Positions 28,294 through 38,653 of a stretch of DNA of 64,000 nucleotides are shown piece by piece. The notes beneath the pieces were generated by a model. That model had not been told where the DNA came from and did no database searches. It was given only the letters and a program-made list of their open reading frames with translations. This stretch comes from Spirochaetia bacterium (GTDB lineage: Bacteria > Spirochaetota > Spirochaetia > CADAEX01), in assembly GCA_963662795.1 (NCBI GenBank), contig OY759746.1, forward strand, positions 640,001 through 704,000. The letters are read 5' to 3'. Both the position numbers and the translations under genes were made by a program. Within the stretch, counting starts at the first letter, position 1; each line of letters opens with the position of its first letter.

Positions 28294-30342
28294 TTAGCTG
28301 TTTCCCTTCAACGCGATCGGAGCATAAGCTTTACCGGTACCGCTGAAATATTTGGAAAAGAATTCATAATAATTTAATCTCAAAGACTGAATGCCTGCAG
28401 AGAGGCCTTCAAGTCCGATAACCAGTATATTGCCGGCAACAATTATAAGAATGGACCAGATGTTAAATCCGCCAACTCCTCCTGTTACCATTTTTGAAAT
28501 CTGGTCAAACGCCATCATAAGGCTTACATGGGCTATTCCAAGCCCGGCAACCCTCATGAAGGAGAGCGTATTTGCCAGATATCCGGAAAAAATCTCAAGC
28601 ATTTCGACAAGCCAGTCCATCGAAAAATTCATCAATGAAAATACCGTGAATTTATGGGGGTTATTGGGATGTTTCCTGTTATGAAGTACCATTTCAAGAG
28701 GGGACTTCATCATAAATAAAACAGCCGGAAGGCCGACCAGGAAAAAAAGTGTATTGCCTTCAGGCAGCTGTTTGTAGTCATGCTGAGCGAAAAAGAAAGC
28801 AACATAGGTTCCGGCGCCGTACATCCAGCCTCCGAGCAGTCCGCCCTTATCCAGAAAAAGCCTGAACCAGTTTCCTTTTGAAATACAGTTTATCCAGTTC
28901 AGGATCAGCCCAAGCCCTATTACAGTAATACCGAAATAGATTGTTACAAGGAGTATGCCCGAGATGTCAGTTATAAGTCCCGGCCCTGCATGGCCCGCGA
29001 TTATACCGTGATAGTCAAACCACACAGGATTAAACCATTTATGCCCGAAATATGAACCGAACAGTATTCCTGTTATTATCGCTGATGCGCCGCACCATAT
29101 CATAAGCTGAAACAGCTTATTTGTTCCGCTTCCTGATTCTTTCCGCGTCATGAATATCCCGAAAAGGCCGATTAATGCGATAACAAACCCATGGCCGGCA
29201 TCGCCGAACATCAGACCGAACATTATAAGATAGGCGACAGCAACAATCGGAGTCGGGTCGATTGTTCCGTATTGCGGAATAGCGTAATTTGTAACCAGCA
29301 TTTCAAAAGGGGAAAGAAGCTTCGGATTTTTCATTTTCACGGGAACATCCGGATCTTTTTTATTTATCTTTTTTATTTCCTGGGGATCGCTCCACTCAAG
29401 ATAGCATCTCTTATCTGTGACCTTCAATATAGCGGATTCAAGGGAATCCTTCTTTGATGCCGGAAGCCATCCGGAAAAAAGCATAGTCCGGGATGTCTTG
29501 CTGTAGAAAGACTGCATTTTATAAAAAAGTTCGTTCATTCTCAGATTCGACCACATATCCTCAAGGAAATCCTTTCTGGCAAGGATAAATTCCTTTGCCT
29601 CATTAGCGGTCTCTTCCTGTTTAATTTTAAGATTGTTTATTTTTTCATCAATTTCAGATTTTGCGTTAATTCCAAGATTATCAATATTGCCTGAAACATC
29701 CATTTCTTCCCATTCAAACTTCTGAAGAAGCTTTTCAACCCTCAGGGAATCTCTTTTCATTGTTATCAGCAGTATTGTAATAATTTCTGCCTGCTGACCC
29801 AGCTTTATCTGTACCGACGGAACAGACTGAAAGCTGTTTATAAATTCTTCCTCTTTGGAGTAATGAAGTTTACCGGTCTGGATGGAAAGAAAAGCATATT
29901 TATTTCCTGTTTCAATATTTTCACCAAGACTGTCAAATAAGGCAAGCTGTCTTTTAATTTCTTCAAGCTTGTGAATTTCCTGCTGTATGTTTTTCTGTTT
30001 ATCCCTCATCTTCTGAAGACCGGATGCCACAGAATCAAGCTCATTATTGCACTCTTCAATATCTACAGGGCTTAATTTTGAAACATCAAGGTCCTTTACA
30101 TCAACAGGATTGTGTTCAACAATATTGAAAAAAGAATCAATCCTTCTTCTTGTATCCGCAATTTTACTCTGCGGGACCTTTGGAGAGACATTCGCAAGAT
30201 AGTTTCCTGAATTTTCCGCAACCTCGGTTACTTTAACAAAATGAAGCACTCCCTGCTTAAGCAGTTCTTTGGTTACATTATCAACATCCTGTTCCAGAAC
30301 AATTGCCGCCAGCTGGCACATTTTTGTGGTAAACATTATCAT
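28294..30342 (-). CDS. atpI: V/A-type ATP synthase subunit I
   Basis: GWLP, FGLMFGDAGHG, NTLSFMRV, LRLNYYEFFSKYF. Confidence 0.93.
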   Translation of the reverse strand: MIMFTTKMCQLAAIVLEQDVDNVTKELLKQGVLHFVKVTEVAENSGNYLANVSPKVPQSKIADTRRRIDSFFNIVEHNPVDVKDLDVSKLSPVDIEECNNELDSVASGLQKMRDKQKNIQQEIHKLEEIKRQLALFDSLGENIETGNKYAFLSIQTGKLHYSKEEEFINSFQSVPSVQIKLGQQAEIITILLITMKRDSLRVEKLLQKFEWEEMDVSGNIDNLGINAKSEIDEKINNLKIKQEETANEAKEFILARKDFLEDMWSNLRMNELFYKMQSFYSKTSRTMLFSGWLPASKKDSLESAILKVTDKRCYLEWSDPQEIKKINKKDPDVPVKMKNPKLLSPFEMLVTNYAIPQYGTIDPTPIVAVAYLIMFGLMFGDAGHGFVIALIGLFGIFMTRKESGSGTNKLFQLMIWCGASAIITGILFGSYFGHKWFNPVWFDYHGIIAGHAGPGLITDISGILLVTIYFGITVIGLGLILNWINCISKGNWFRLFLDKGGLLGGWMYGAGTYVAFFFAQHDYKQLPEGNTLFFLVGLPAVLFMMKSPLEMVLHNRKHPNNPHKFTVFSLMNFSMDWLVEMLEIFSGYLANTLSFMRVAGLGIAHVSLMMAFDQISKMVTGGVGGFNIWSILIIVAGNILVIGLEGLSAGIQSLRLNYYEFFSKYFSGTGKAYAPIALKGNS

Positions 30343-31412
30343 ATTACACTCTTTATCCTGTCTTCTTCAATATTATAGTATTTGGCATTAAGTATTGTCA
30401 TAACCTTGCGAAGTTCATTCTTCTTGAGCACAAAGTATGCAAGCACAATACCGATATTAAAGGGATAACCGCCTTTGACTTTCTTCACTTCATAGAGGAT
30501 AACCTGATCGAGAAGCCTGCCGAGCAGCACAAGCTTTGACTGGTTGTCCGAGCTCTGTACAGCCAGCATTGAAGAGAGCGCTGTGTATTTTTTGCTTATC
30601 AGGCTTCTTAAAATCTCTGTTGAGTCTCCTGTATTAAAAGCATCTTCAAGCGCTTTTTTATCAAGATGATGGCCATAGGGGATCATATTAGCCAGGGACT
30701 GATCCATTGTCATCTTGTAAAAATCCCTGAATCTGACAAGCCAGGAGATATTCTCCATATCGATTTCCACGCCGAGCATTCTCTTTGTAATATCAAAATC
30801 CATTTTATCAAGTTTCTTCATCTTGTCATAAAGCTGCTTGTAAAAATATCTGTCAAGAGCAATTTCAACAGGAAAGAGGTTCCTGGCAACATCCATCTGG
30901 GAAGAGTTTTCTTTAATTATCTGGGCATAAGGGGTTCCTGAAAGAACTTCAACAATTCCCTCTATTGAATCGACATTAATTATCTGGTCTACATGAAGAT
31001 CATAATGGATTTTTTCCCTGAAAAGATAACCGGTAAGACCGTCGATATTTCTTTTCCTGATTACACGGTCAAACCATAGTCTTATTGCTGCTTTAAGGTT
31101 TTCAATCTCGTATTTTCCTGTAAGGGCTTTTACAAATTCAAGAACCTCGCCGCTTATATATCTTTCAAGCTCGTGATAAAGCTCAATTTCTTTTTTATAC
31201 AGTTCAAGCTCCGCGAGCTTAAGATCGCCTGTCCTGTTATATACCTCTTCAAGGATCTGAAAAGAAGTATCGTGCAGAATTCTTACGGCTTCGCCGAGAG
31301 ACCTTGACTTGGCCATATTGATAAGTACTTCGTCCGGTAGTATATTGCTTATCCTGGCCCTGAGTTTGGCGTTGATAAAGGCATATTTTTTAAGCCTCGC
31401 CTGCCCGATCAT
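30339..31412 (-). CDS. atpC: V/A-type ATP synthase subunit C
   Basis: YAFINAKLRA, EIDMENI; size and position. Confidence 0.85.
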   Translation of the reverse strand: MIGQARLKKYAFINAKLRARISNILPDEVLINMAKSRSLGEAVRILHDTSFQILEEVYNRTGDLKLAELELYKKEIELYHELERYISGEVLEFVKALTGKYEIENLKAAIRLWFDRVIRKRNIDGLTGYLFREKIHYDLHVDQIINVDSIEGIVEVLSGTPYAQIIKENSSQMDVARNLFPVEIALDRYFYKQLYDKMKKLDKMDFDITKRMLGVEIDMENISWLVRFRDFYKMTMDQSLANMIPYGHHLDKKALEDAFNTGDSTEILRSLISKKYTALSSMLAVQSSDNQSKLVLLGRLLDQVILYEVKKVKGGYPFNIGIVLAYFVLKKNELRKVMTILNAKYYNIEEDRIKSVI

Positions 31413-31430
31413 GATTTTGCTCCTGATGTT

Positions 31431-31760
31431 TTATTCGCGTTCATATTCAGGCCTGATCAGCGACTGGGCTATAAGCCGTGCAACCGCTTCTGTCCTGCCT
31501 GAACTTTTTTCAAGAAAAGCGTTGTTTTCCTTTTCAGCTTCTTCTACAGCTTTTTTAAAATCCGCTTCTGCTTTTTCCTGGGCTGCCTTGACTGCGGTTT
31601 GTATTCTTTTCTGGGCTTCTTCTTTAGCGGACAAAACAGACTGGTTATAATCTGCATCTGCGGCCGAAATAATCTCACCGGCTTTTTCACGTGCCTGCTG
31701 AATAAGCTTTTCCGCTTCTTTTTCTGCGTTAATAATTTCTTCAAGAACTGATTTCTGCAT
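31431..31760 (-). CDS. V/A-type ATP synthase peripheral-stalk subunit G/H
   Basis: 109-aa A/E/K-rich coiled coil (IINAEKEAEKLIQQA), first gene of the operon. Confidence 0.8.
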   Translation of the reverse strand: MQKSVLEEIINAEKEAEKLIQQAREKAGEIISAADADYNQSVLSAKEEAQKRIQTAVKAAQEKAEADFKKAVEEAEKENNAFLEKSSGRTEAVARLIAQSLIRPEYERE

Positions 31761-31785
31761 ATTAATACTCTGCTTATTTTTTTTT

Positions 31786-31814
31786 ACTATGCGCTTTAGG
31801 GCAATCTATGTCAA
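31786..31814 (-). promoter_or_regulatory. sigma70 promoter of the V-ATPase operon
   Basis: Minus strand TTGACA-17 nt-CATAGT. Confidence 0.6.
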
Positions 31815-31987
31815 GACTGACTGTCTTTTTGATATTCCGGACTCTTTTCCCCCGCACCTCCATGAAAAACAGCTGGTATCAATGCAGCTGCCGGAGAAAA
31901 GGACTTTCCGTTATTCCTTATTTTATCAGCAGTTATTTAAACTGATAAAGCAAAAAAGATGCAGAATAAATCTGACTTAATGGAATT

Positions 31988-32016
31988 CCATGCTCTCTCC
32001 ATGCTCTCTCCATGCT
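31988..32016. repeat. Short tandem repeat (CCATGCTCTCT) x2.6
   Basis: ccatgctctct ccatgctctct ccatgct. Confidence 0.7.
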
Positions 32017-32191
32017 GCGATTCAGAGAAAAAGATCGTAATTACGGTAATTGCGGTTATGAAAAAAAAGAATGAAGCAGTTTATTTTTTCTTATTATTTC
32101 AATAACTTATAGTTATTGAAATTGCTGTATGATAACTTTTGCAAACATTTTTAACAGCCGGTGATAAGCTGTTTATCAGTCGTCTGCATGA

Positions 32192-32220
32192 TTGAAACAG
32201 GGAAAGTTTTACTCTATAAT
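32192..32220 (+). promoter_or_regulatory. sigma70 promoter of pyrK-pyrD
   Basis: TTGAAA-17 nt-TATAAT; the TTG start in the ORF track is this -35 box. Confidence 0.75.
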
Positions 32221-32230
32221 TTCAACTCAA

Positions 32231-33106
32231 ATGATAATGGAAAAAGGGACACTGTCAGCAGTAAAAGAAATCGGGGAGAACCTTTATTATTTAAAGGTTA
32301 ATCTGCCCCTTATTGCGGGTAAAATCAAACCGGGAAATTTCATATCGATTCTCCCGCCTCCTGAATCCGGCAGGTATATAAGACGCCCGTTTTCTGTTGC
32401 CGGAACTGTTTCCGGATGCGTTGAACTGGTTATTAAAAATATCGGGCCGGTAACATCTTCCTTGTGCAGACTCAAAGAAGGAAACAGGCTTGACGTACTC
32501 GGTCCGCTTGGAAATACCTATAACCTGAACCGGAAAAGCATATGGATGATCGGAGGCGGGACAGGTATTGCATCAATACTTTTTTTAAACTCTTCGCGGT
32601 TTAAAGCAGACTCATCATCAATATGCGACAGGGTGCTTTGGGCTGGAAAGACAGCATCAGCTCTCCCGCCGGAAACTGTAATGAGGAACAAATTTTTCTC
32701 TTCGGTTTTCAGACAGAACATAAGTTTTGCGACAGATGACGGGACTGCCGGCGAAAAGGGGACAGCCCCTGATGTACTTGAAAAATGGCTTAAGGCAGCC
32801 TTCCGCGAAACCGGCAAAACTCATGAAAATCGAAACAGCAGCGGCAGAGAAGTTTCAGCAGGCAGGACAGCCGGCGAATACATGGAAACTCCGGATGCTA
32901 TAGTTTCCTGCGGCCCGCACGCCATGATGAAAGCGGTAAAGGAAACTGCAGACAAGGCCGGTATTCCTTCATGGTTTTCACTTGAAGAGTTTATGGCGTG
33001 CGGCGCAGGGGCGTGCGCAGGTTGCGCAGTTCCTGCCGCCGGCGGCGGATATTTAAAGGCCTGCAGCGACGGCCCGGTTTTCGCCGGCAGCGAGGTGATA
33101 CTGTGA
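32231..33106 (+). CDS. pyrK: Dihydroorotate dehydrogenase B electron-transfer subunit
   Basis: RRPFS, GPLGN, GGGTGIA, CGP..MM, MACGAGACAGC...CSDGPVF. Start at 32231 or 32237. Confidence 0.92.
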   Translation: MIMEKGTLSAVKEIGENLYYLKVNLPLIAGKIKPGNFISILPPPESGRYIRRPFSVAGTVSGCVELVIKNIGPVTSSLCRLKEGNRLDVLGPLGNTYNLNRKSIWMIGGGTGIASILFLNSSRFKADSSSICDRVLWAGKTASALPPETVMRNKFFSSVFRQNISFATDDGTAGEKGTAPDVLEKWLKAAFRETGKTHENRNSSGREVSAGRTAGEYMETPDAIVSCGPHAMMKAVKETADKAGIPSWFSLEEFMACGAGACAGCAVPAAGGGYLKACSDGPVFAGSEVIL

Positions 33107-34056
33107 AAGGATACGGCAGGATTGATACTGCAGTTGATATTACCGCCGGCACCGGGAAAGGTCTTGTTATTAAAAATCCCTTTATCGCTGCCAGCGGCAC
33201 TTGCGGCTACGGCACGGAATACTCATCCATTACGCCGCCTGAAGACTGGGGGGCCATGGTGCTGAAAACAGTAACACCGCAGCCGCGAAAGGGAAACGCC
33301 CCGCCGCGCACCTGCGAAACAGATTCAGGCATGCTCAATTCAATAGGGCTTGCAAATGCGGGGCTTGAAAAGTTTATACTGGAAAAACTCCCTGAATTTA
33401 CGACCCGTCACCCCGGGGCCTGTGCTGTTGCAAGCATAGCAGGCGAGAGTGCCGAAGAGTTTGAAATGCTTGCAGGTAAAATCGGCGCCTGCAAAGGGGT
33501 AAGTGCAATTGAGCTTAACTTTTCATGCCCAAATGTCGCGCGCGGAGGCATTCACTTCGGTGCCGATACAGTTTCCGCAGCCGAAGCAGTGAGCGGGTGC
33601 AGAAAGGCGGCATCTCTGCCGATATGGGTAAAAATCAGCCCGGCAGCATCCGACCCTGTAAAAATCGCTGCTGCTGCAATTGAAGCTGGAGCAGATGCAA
33701 TTGTCGCCGGAAACACAATGCCGGGCATGGTAATCGATATAAAAAAATACAAACCTCTGCTCGGCAACACAACAGGCGGCCTTTCCGGCCCTGCAATTTT
33801 CCCGATTGCGCTGCGCACAGCCTACATCATTGCAAAAGCACTTCCGGGAATCAGACTTATCGGATGCGGCGGGATAGACTGCGCTGAAAAGGCAATCCAG
33901 TTCATGCTTGCTGGGTGCTGCGCGGTTGAAATAGGAACAGCAGTATTCAGATCGCCTGATATACTTAAAGTTATTGAAGAAGGACTTATAAAATGGATGC
34001 AGGCTGAAGGCTTTACTTCACTGAAAGATTTCACAGGAAAAGCCCTCAAATCTTGA
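33103..34056 (+). CDS. pyrD: Dihydroorotate dehydrogenase 1B catalytic subunit
   Basis: ASGT, GMLNSIGLAN, ELNFSCPN, GGLSGPAI. The GTG start overlaps the pyrK stop (GTGA) after GAGG. Confidence 0.93.
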   Translation: MKGYGRIDTAVDITAGTGKGLVIKNPFIAASGTCGYGTEYSSITPPEDWGAMVLKTVTPQPRKGNAPPRTCETDSGMLNSIGLANAGLEKFILEKLPEFTTRHPGACAVASIAGESAEEFEMLAGKIGACKGVSAIELNFSCPNVARGGIHFGADTVSAAEAVSGCRKAASLPIWVKISPAASDPVKIAAAAIEAGADAIVAGNTMPGMVIDIKKYKPLLGNTTGGLSGPAIFPIALRTAYIIAKALPGIRLIGCGGIDCAEKAIQFMLAGCCAVEIGTAVFRSPDILKVIEEGLIKWMQAEGFTSLKDFTGKALKS

Positions 34057-34191
34057 CCTTGGGGGCTGTATCATATATTTTCTATGTAAAGAATTATCCT
34101 GTACACCAAGCAGCAACCCTGGCTCAAAATTGGCCGGGGCTTGTTTTATACTGAAGATAATTCGCCAGATTTTAAGGAATACGGTAAAAAT

Positions 34192-35364
34192 ATGCAGGAA
34201 AGAAGTTACCTTGTCATAGAAGGGGGAAAGATTTTCCCCGGTTATTCATTCGGGGCACTTGCGCCAAAAACAGATGAACTTGAAAATTTCGATATAAAAC
34301 AGAAAGGATCAGGCGAGGTTGTGTTCAACACCGGGATGTCAGGTTATCACGAAATTCTTACAGACCCTTCCTATACCGGGCAGATTGTAACAATGACCTA
34401 TCCCCACGGCGGAAACTACGGTACAGAAAAAAGCTGGAGCGAAATCGGACCTGAAGGGAGCCGAAAGCTTCCGGGAATCAAACTCGCGGGGCTTGTTATC
34501 AAAAAACTGTACAGGGGACCGGTCCCGGAGGGAAGAGATACGCTTGATAATTTCATGAGAGACAACGATACACCGGGTATTGAGGGGATTGACACAAGAG
34601 CCCTGACTCTGCATATCAGGGATAACGGAAGCCCTAAAGGGGTCATAGTCCGCCCCGCAGATACAAACCCGGAAAAACTTACAGATAAGGATATTGCGTC
34701 GGCACTGGCTTTTATCAAAACTATTCCCGACATGGAAGGATGCAATCTGATCGGCGAAGTCGGGACATCTGATTTTGAAATCATAAACCCTGAAGGGACT
34801 GTTCATATGGCCCTGGTTGACTGCGGCATTAAGGCAAACATAATCAGGGAGCTTGTAAAACGAAACTGTAAAATATCATTTTTCCCGGAGGAAAGTTCAT
34901 CCGGGGATATATTAAAGGTAAAACCGGACGGAATACTTTTCTCAAACGGCCCCGGAGACCCGGCAGTACTTGGAAAACAAGTCGAAATGATAAAAGAGCT
35001 TATCGGCAGGATTCCGGTTTTCGGCATCTGCCTCGGCCACCAGATCATAAGCCAGGCGCTCGGGGCAAAGACATACAAGATGAAATTCGGCCATCACGGC
35101 CTGAATCATCCGGTAAGGGATATAAGAACGGGAAAGGTTTTTGTCACTTCACAAAACCACGGTTTTGCGGTTGACGCATCAACCCTCCCCGAAGGGGTAG
35201 AGGAACGCTTTATAAACGCCAATGACAAAAGCCAGGAAGGAATTGTCTGCGATAAACTATCAATTCTGACAGCACAGTTTCATCCGGAAGCGTCTCCGGG
35301 ACCTGTTGACTCATCCTGGATATTCGACGATTTTGTGGAAATTGCAAAAAAATCCAAAAAGTAG
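34192..35364 (+). CDS. carA: Carbamoyl-phosphate synthase small subunit
   Basis: [36 protein letters not shown]. Confidence 0.95.
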   Translation: MQERSYLVIEGGKIFPGYSFGALAPKTDELENFDIKQKGSGEVVFNTGMSGYHEILTDPSYTGQIVTMTYPHGGNYGTEKSWSEIGPEGSRKLPGIKLAGLVIKKLYRGPVPEGRDTLDNFMRDNDTPGIEGIDTRALTLHIRDNGSPKGVIVRPADTNPEKLTDKDIASALAFIKTIPDMEGCNLIGEVGTSDFEIINPEGTVHMALVDCGIKANIIRELVKRNCKISFFPEESSSGDILKVKPDGILFSNGPGDPAVLGKQVEMIKELIGRIPVFGICLGHQIISQALGAKTYKMKFGHHGLNHPVRDIRTGKVFVTSQNHGFAVDASTLPEGVEERFINANDKSQEGIVCDKLSILTAQFHPEASPGPVDSSWIFDDFVEIAKKSKK

Positions 35365-35393
35365 ATACGCTTAATCACGGCAAGGAGGAAAAT

Positions 35394-38300
35394 GTGCCGG
35401 CACGAAATGATATAAAAAAGATACTTATAATCGGTTCAGGCCCGATAGTAATAGGACAGGCATGCGAATTCGACTACTCAGGCACACAGGCGGTAAAAGC
35501 GCTTAAAGAAGAAGGGTATGAGGTAATTCTTGTAAACCCCAATCCGGCGACAGTCATGACAACGCCCGGCATTGCTGACAAAATATATATGGAGCCTCTT
35601 GAAGTAAACTACCTTGAGGAAATCATCAGCAGGGAAAGGCCTGATGCAATACTCCCGACCATCGGGGGACAGACCGGACTCAACCTATCGCTTGACCTTT
35701 ATAACGCAGGTATTCTCGATAAATACAAGGTTGAAGTAATAGGGGCGAGCGTAAACTCCATCATGCTTGCTGAAGACAGGGGAAAGTTTAAAAAAGTTGT
35801 ACAGGACATCGGCCTTGAAGTCCCGCGGTCGGTTATCGCAAAAAATTTCAGGGACGCGCAGGAGCTTTACAATGAAACAGGCCTCCCCCTTGTAATAAGG
35901 CCCAGCTACACCCTTGGGGGCAAGGGAGGAAGCATAGCCTATACAGATGAGGAGTTTGAAATACTCATCGACAAAGCGTTATCCGAAAGCCCTGTAGGCG
36001 AGGCCCTGATTGAGGAATCCCTTATCGGCTGGAAAGAGTTTGAAATGGAAGTCGTGCGAGACAAGGCAGATAACGCTGTAATAATATGTTCCATAGAAAA
36101 TGTCGATCCGATGGGAGTTCACACAGGAGACAGCATAACAGTCGCTCCTATTCAAACCCTCTCCGATGTTGAATACCAGAAGATGAGAACGGCAAGCCTT
36201 GATATTCTGCGGGCAATCGGAATTGACTGCGGCGGTTCAAACGTCCAGTTCGCCGTAAAACCTGATACAGGCAGAATGGTGGTAATAGAAATGAACCCGA
36301 GAGTTTCCCGCTCATCCGCCCTTGCCAGCAAGGCAACAGGTTTTCCGATAGCCAGGTGTTCAGCAAAGCTTGCTGTAGGCTATACCCTTGATGAGATAGT
36401 AAATGATGTTACAGGAAAAACAGTTTCGGCATTCGAGCCCGCCCTTGACTATGTCGCGGTAAAGATACCCCGCTTTGAACTTGAGAAATTTCCGAAGGGA
36501 TACGCCCAGCTCGGAACCCAGATGAAATCGGTCGGAGAATCGCTTGCGCTCGGACGGACTTTCAACGAGGCGCTTAACAAGGCGGTACGGTCGGTAGAGA
36601 ACGGCCGTGACGGGCTTGAAGGGCTTGACGTCAAGGATGAGCTGCTTGAAAAAATGCTTACAACACTTCATCCATTAAGAATATACGCAATCTACACTGT
36701 CCTGCTTAAAAAAGGAGAGGCGGCGATAGATGAGCTTAATATAAAATCCAGTTACGACAAGTGGTTTTTATATAACATGGCAGTCATGGCAGGAATCGAA
36801 AACAGCCTCAAAAAAATTCCCCTTAACGGAAAGATGCTTCTTGACGCGAAACAGAACGGATTTTCGGATAAAAAGATTGCAAGGCTTACAGGATTAAAAA
36901 TCAGTGAAGTGGAAAAAATGAGAGAGGACGAAGGGATAAACCCTTCATATCACTTTGTCGACACCTGTGCCGGTGAATTTTCCGCCGACACTCCCTACTT
37001 TTACTCTACTTTCGGGGAAGTTGATGAAGGAGGAAGCATAGGAGGGGATGCGGTAATAATTCTCGCCAGCGGCCCCAACAGAATCGGACAGGGACTTGAG
37101 TTTGATACCGGATGTACCCTGGCCTCCATCGCCTACAGGGGAGAAGGGGTCAGGTCGATAATGGTCAATTCAAACCCTGAAACAGTTTCAACAGACTTCA
37201 ATGTATCTGACAGGCTCTATCTTGAACCGCTTGTCGCGGAAGATGTAAAAAATATAATCAGGAAGGAAAAAGTAAAGGATGTCGTTGTCCAGCTAGGAGG
37301 ACAGACACCCCTTAACATGGCTGAAGAGCTTGAAAAATGGGGAGTCAACATAGTCGGCACATCGGTTGAGTCTATCAACAAGGCAGAAGACAGGGGGCTT
37401 TTCGCCTCCCTCCTTAAAAAGCTGAACCTCCGGCAGCCGGAAAACAGGACTGCGTTTTCCTTTGACCAGATAGTAAACTGCGCAGACGAAATAGGATATC
37501 CGGTACTGCTGCGCCCTTCATTTGTACTCGGCGGAAGAAGTATGTTTATAGCATATACAAAAGAGGAGCTTGAATTTTTCATAAACCAGGGAATTGAAAT
37601 ATCGAAAGAAAGGCCGGTTCTTGTAGACAAATTTCTGGAAGATGCTTTTGAATACGACATAGATGCGCTATGCGACGGTAAAAACGTGTATATTGCGGGG
37701 ATCATGCAGCATATCGAAGCTGCCGGTATCCACTCCGGAGACTCTGCCTGCGTATTTCCGGCATATAAATCCACCCCTGAAATTATTCAGGAGATGACAG
37801 AAGCGACGGTAAAAATCGCCCGCGAGATATCGGTAAAGGGATTTTTGAATATCCAGTATGCGGTTAAGGACAACATTCTTTATGTTCTTGAAGTAAACCC
37901 CAGGGGGTCAAGAACAGTCCCCTTCCTTTCCAAGGCATCCGGAATCAATCTTATTCAGGCTGCGGTAAGGATCTGGAGAGGCAAGGATTTAAAGCAGCAG
38001 AAGCTTGCGACAGAACGCGCCCCGTTCATTAAGGAAGAATGTTATCTTGGAATAGGTGTTCCGCAGACAGGATGGGCGGTAAAAGAGGCAGTGTTCTCAT
38101 TCGACAGATTTGTCGACTTTGATCCGGTTCTGGGACCTGAGATGAAATCGACAGGGGAAGTAATAGGAACAGGTGATACATTCGGCGAGGCTTTCGCAAA
38201 AGCGCAGATAGCTGCAGGGACTAAAATACCGGTTGAAGGGAAAATATTCGTGTCTGTTCATAAAAATGACAGAAAAACAATCCTTCCTATAGTAAAAGAC

Positions 38301-38639
38301 CTGCACTCAATGGGGTTTGCCATTGCCGCGACAAGGGGAACTGCGAACTTTCTCTTTGAAAACGGAATTTTTGCCGAAGTTATCCTTAAAATACACGAAG
38401 GGCACCCAAACGTAATCGACCACATGAAGAGTAAAAAGTTTGCACTTCTGATAAATACGCCGCTTGGAAAGTTTGCGGAAATCAGTGATACGGAAATAAG
38501 GATAGAAGCTGTAAAGAGAAAGCTACCCTACACCACAACTACATCCGCCGCCCACGCAGCGACAGAGGGGATACGGTACCTTAAAAAGAAAGAAGTTCTT
38601 GTGCGGCCGCTGCTCGATCTGCTGGGAAGCTTCAGGTAA
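35394..38639 (+). CDS. carB: Carbamoyl-phosphate synthase large subunit
   Basis: [28 protein letters not shown], second ATP-grasp domain, MGS domain. Confidence 0.97.
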   Translation: MPARNDIKKILIIGSGPIVIGQACEFDYSGTQAVKALKEEGYEVILVNPNPATVMTTPGIADKIYMEPLEVNYLEEIISRERPDAILPTIGGQTGLNLSLDLYNAGILDKYKVEVIGASVNSIMLAEDRGKFKKVVQDIGLEVPRSVIAKNFRDAQELYNETGLPLVIRPSYTLGGKGGSIAYTDEEFEILIDKALSESPVGEALIEESLIGWKEFEMEVVRDKADNAVIICSIENVDPMGVHTGDSITVAPIQTLSDVEYQKMRTASLDILRAIGIDCGGSNVQFAVKPDTGRMVVIEMNPRVSRSSALASKATGFPIARCSAKLAVGYTLDEIVNDVTGKTVSAFEPALDYVAVKIPRFELEKFPKGYAQLGTQMKSVGESLALGRTFNEALNKAVRSVENGRDGLEGLDVKDELLEKMLTTLHPLRIYAIYTVLLKKGEAAIDELNIKSSYDKWFLYNMAVMAGIENSLKKIPLNGKMLLDAKQNGFSDKKIARLTGLKISEVEKMREDEGINPSYHFVDTCAGEFSADTPYFYSTFGEVDEGGSIGGDAVIILASGPNRIGQGLEFDTGCTLASIAYRGEGVRSIMVNSNPETVSTDFNVSDRLYLEPLVAEDVKNIIRKEKVKDVVVQLGGQTPLNMAEELEKWGVNIVGTSVESINKAEDRGLFASLLKKLNLRQPENRTAFSFDQIVNCADEIGYPVLLRPSFVLGGRSMFIAYTKEELEFFINQGIEISKERPVLVDKFLEDAFEYDIDALCDGKNVYIAGIMQHIEAAGIHSGDSACVFPAYKSTPEIIQEMTEATVKIAREISVKGFLNIQYAVKDNILYVLEVNPRGSRTVPFLSKASGINLIQAAVRIWRGKDLKQQKLATERAPFIKEECYLGIGVPQTGWAVKEAVFSFDRFVDFDPVLGPEMKSTGEVIGTGDTFGEAFAKAQIAAGTKIPVEGKIFVSVHKNDRKTILPIVKDLHSMGFAIAATRGTANFLFENGIFAEVILKIHEGHPNVIDHMKSKKFALLINTPLGKFAEISDTEIRIEAVKRKLPYTTTTSAAHAATEGIRYLKKKEVLVRPLLDLLGSFR

Positions 38640-38653
38640 TCATCCCGGGCTGC

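Noticed and set aside
31789-32190. oriC/dif site, and the 63-aa ORF at 31789-31980
   Set aside because: No consensus TTATCCACA boxes, dnaA gene or XerC/D consensus seen. The ORF overlaps the promoter and has no features.
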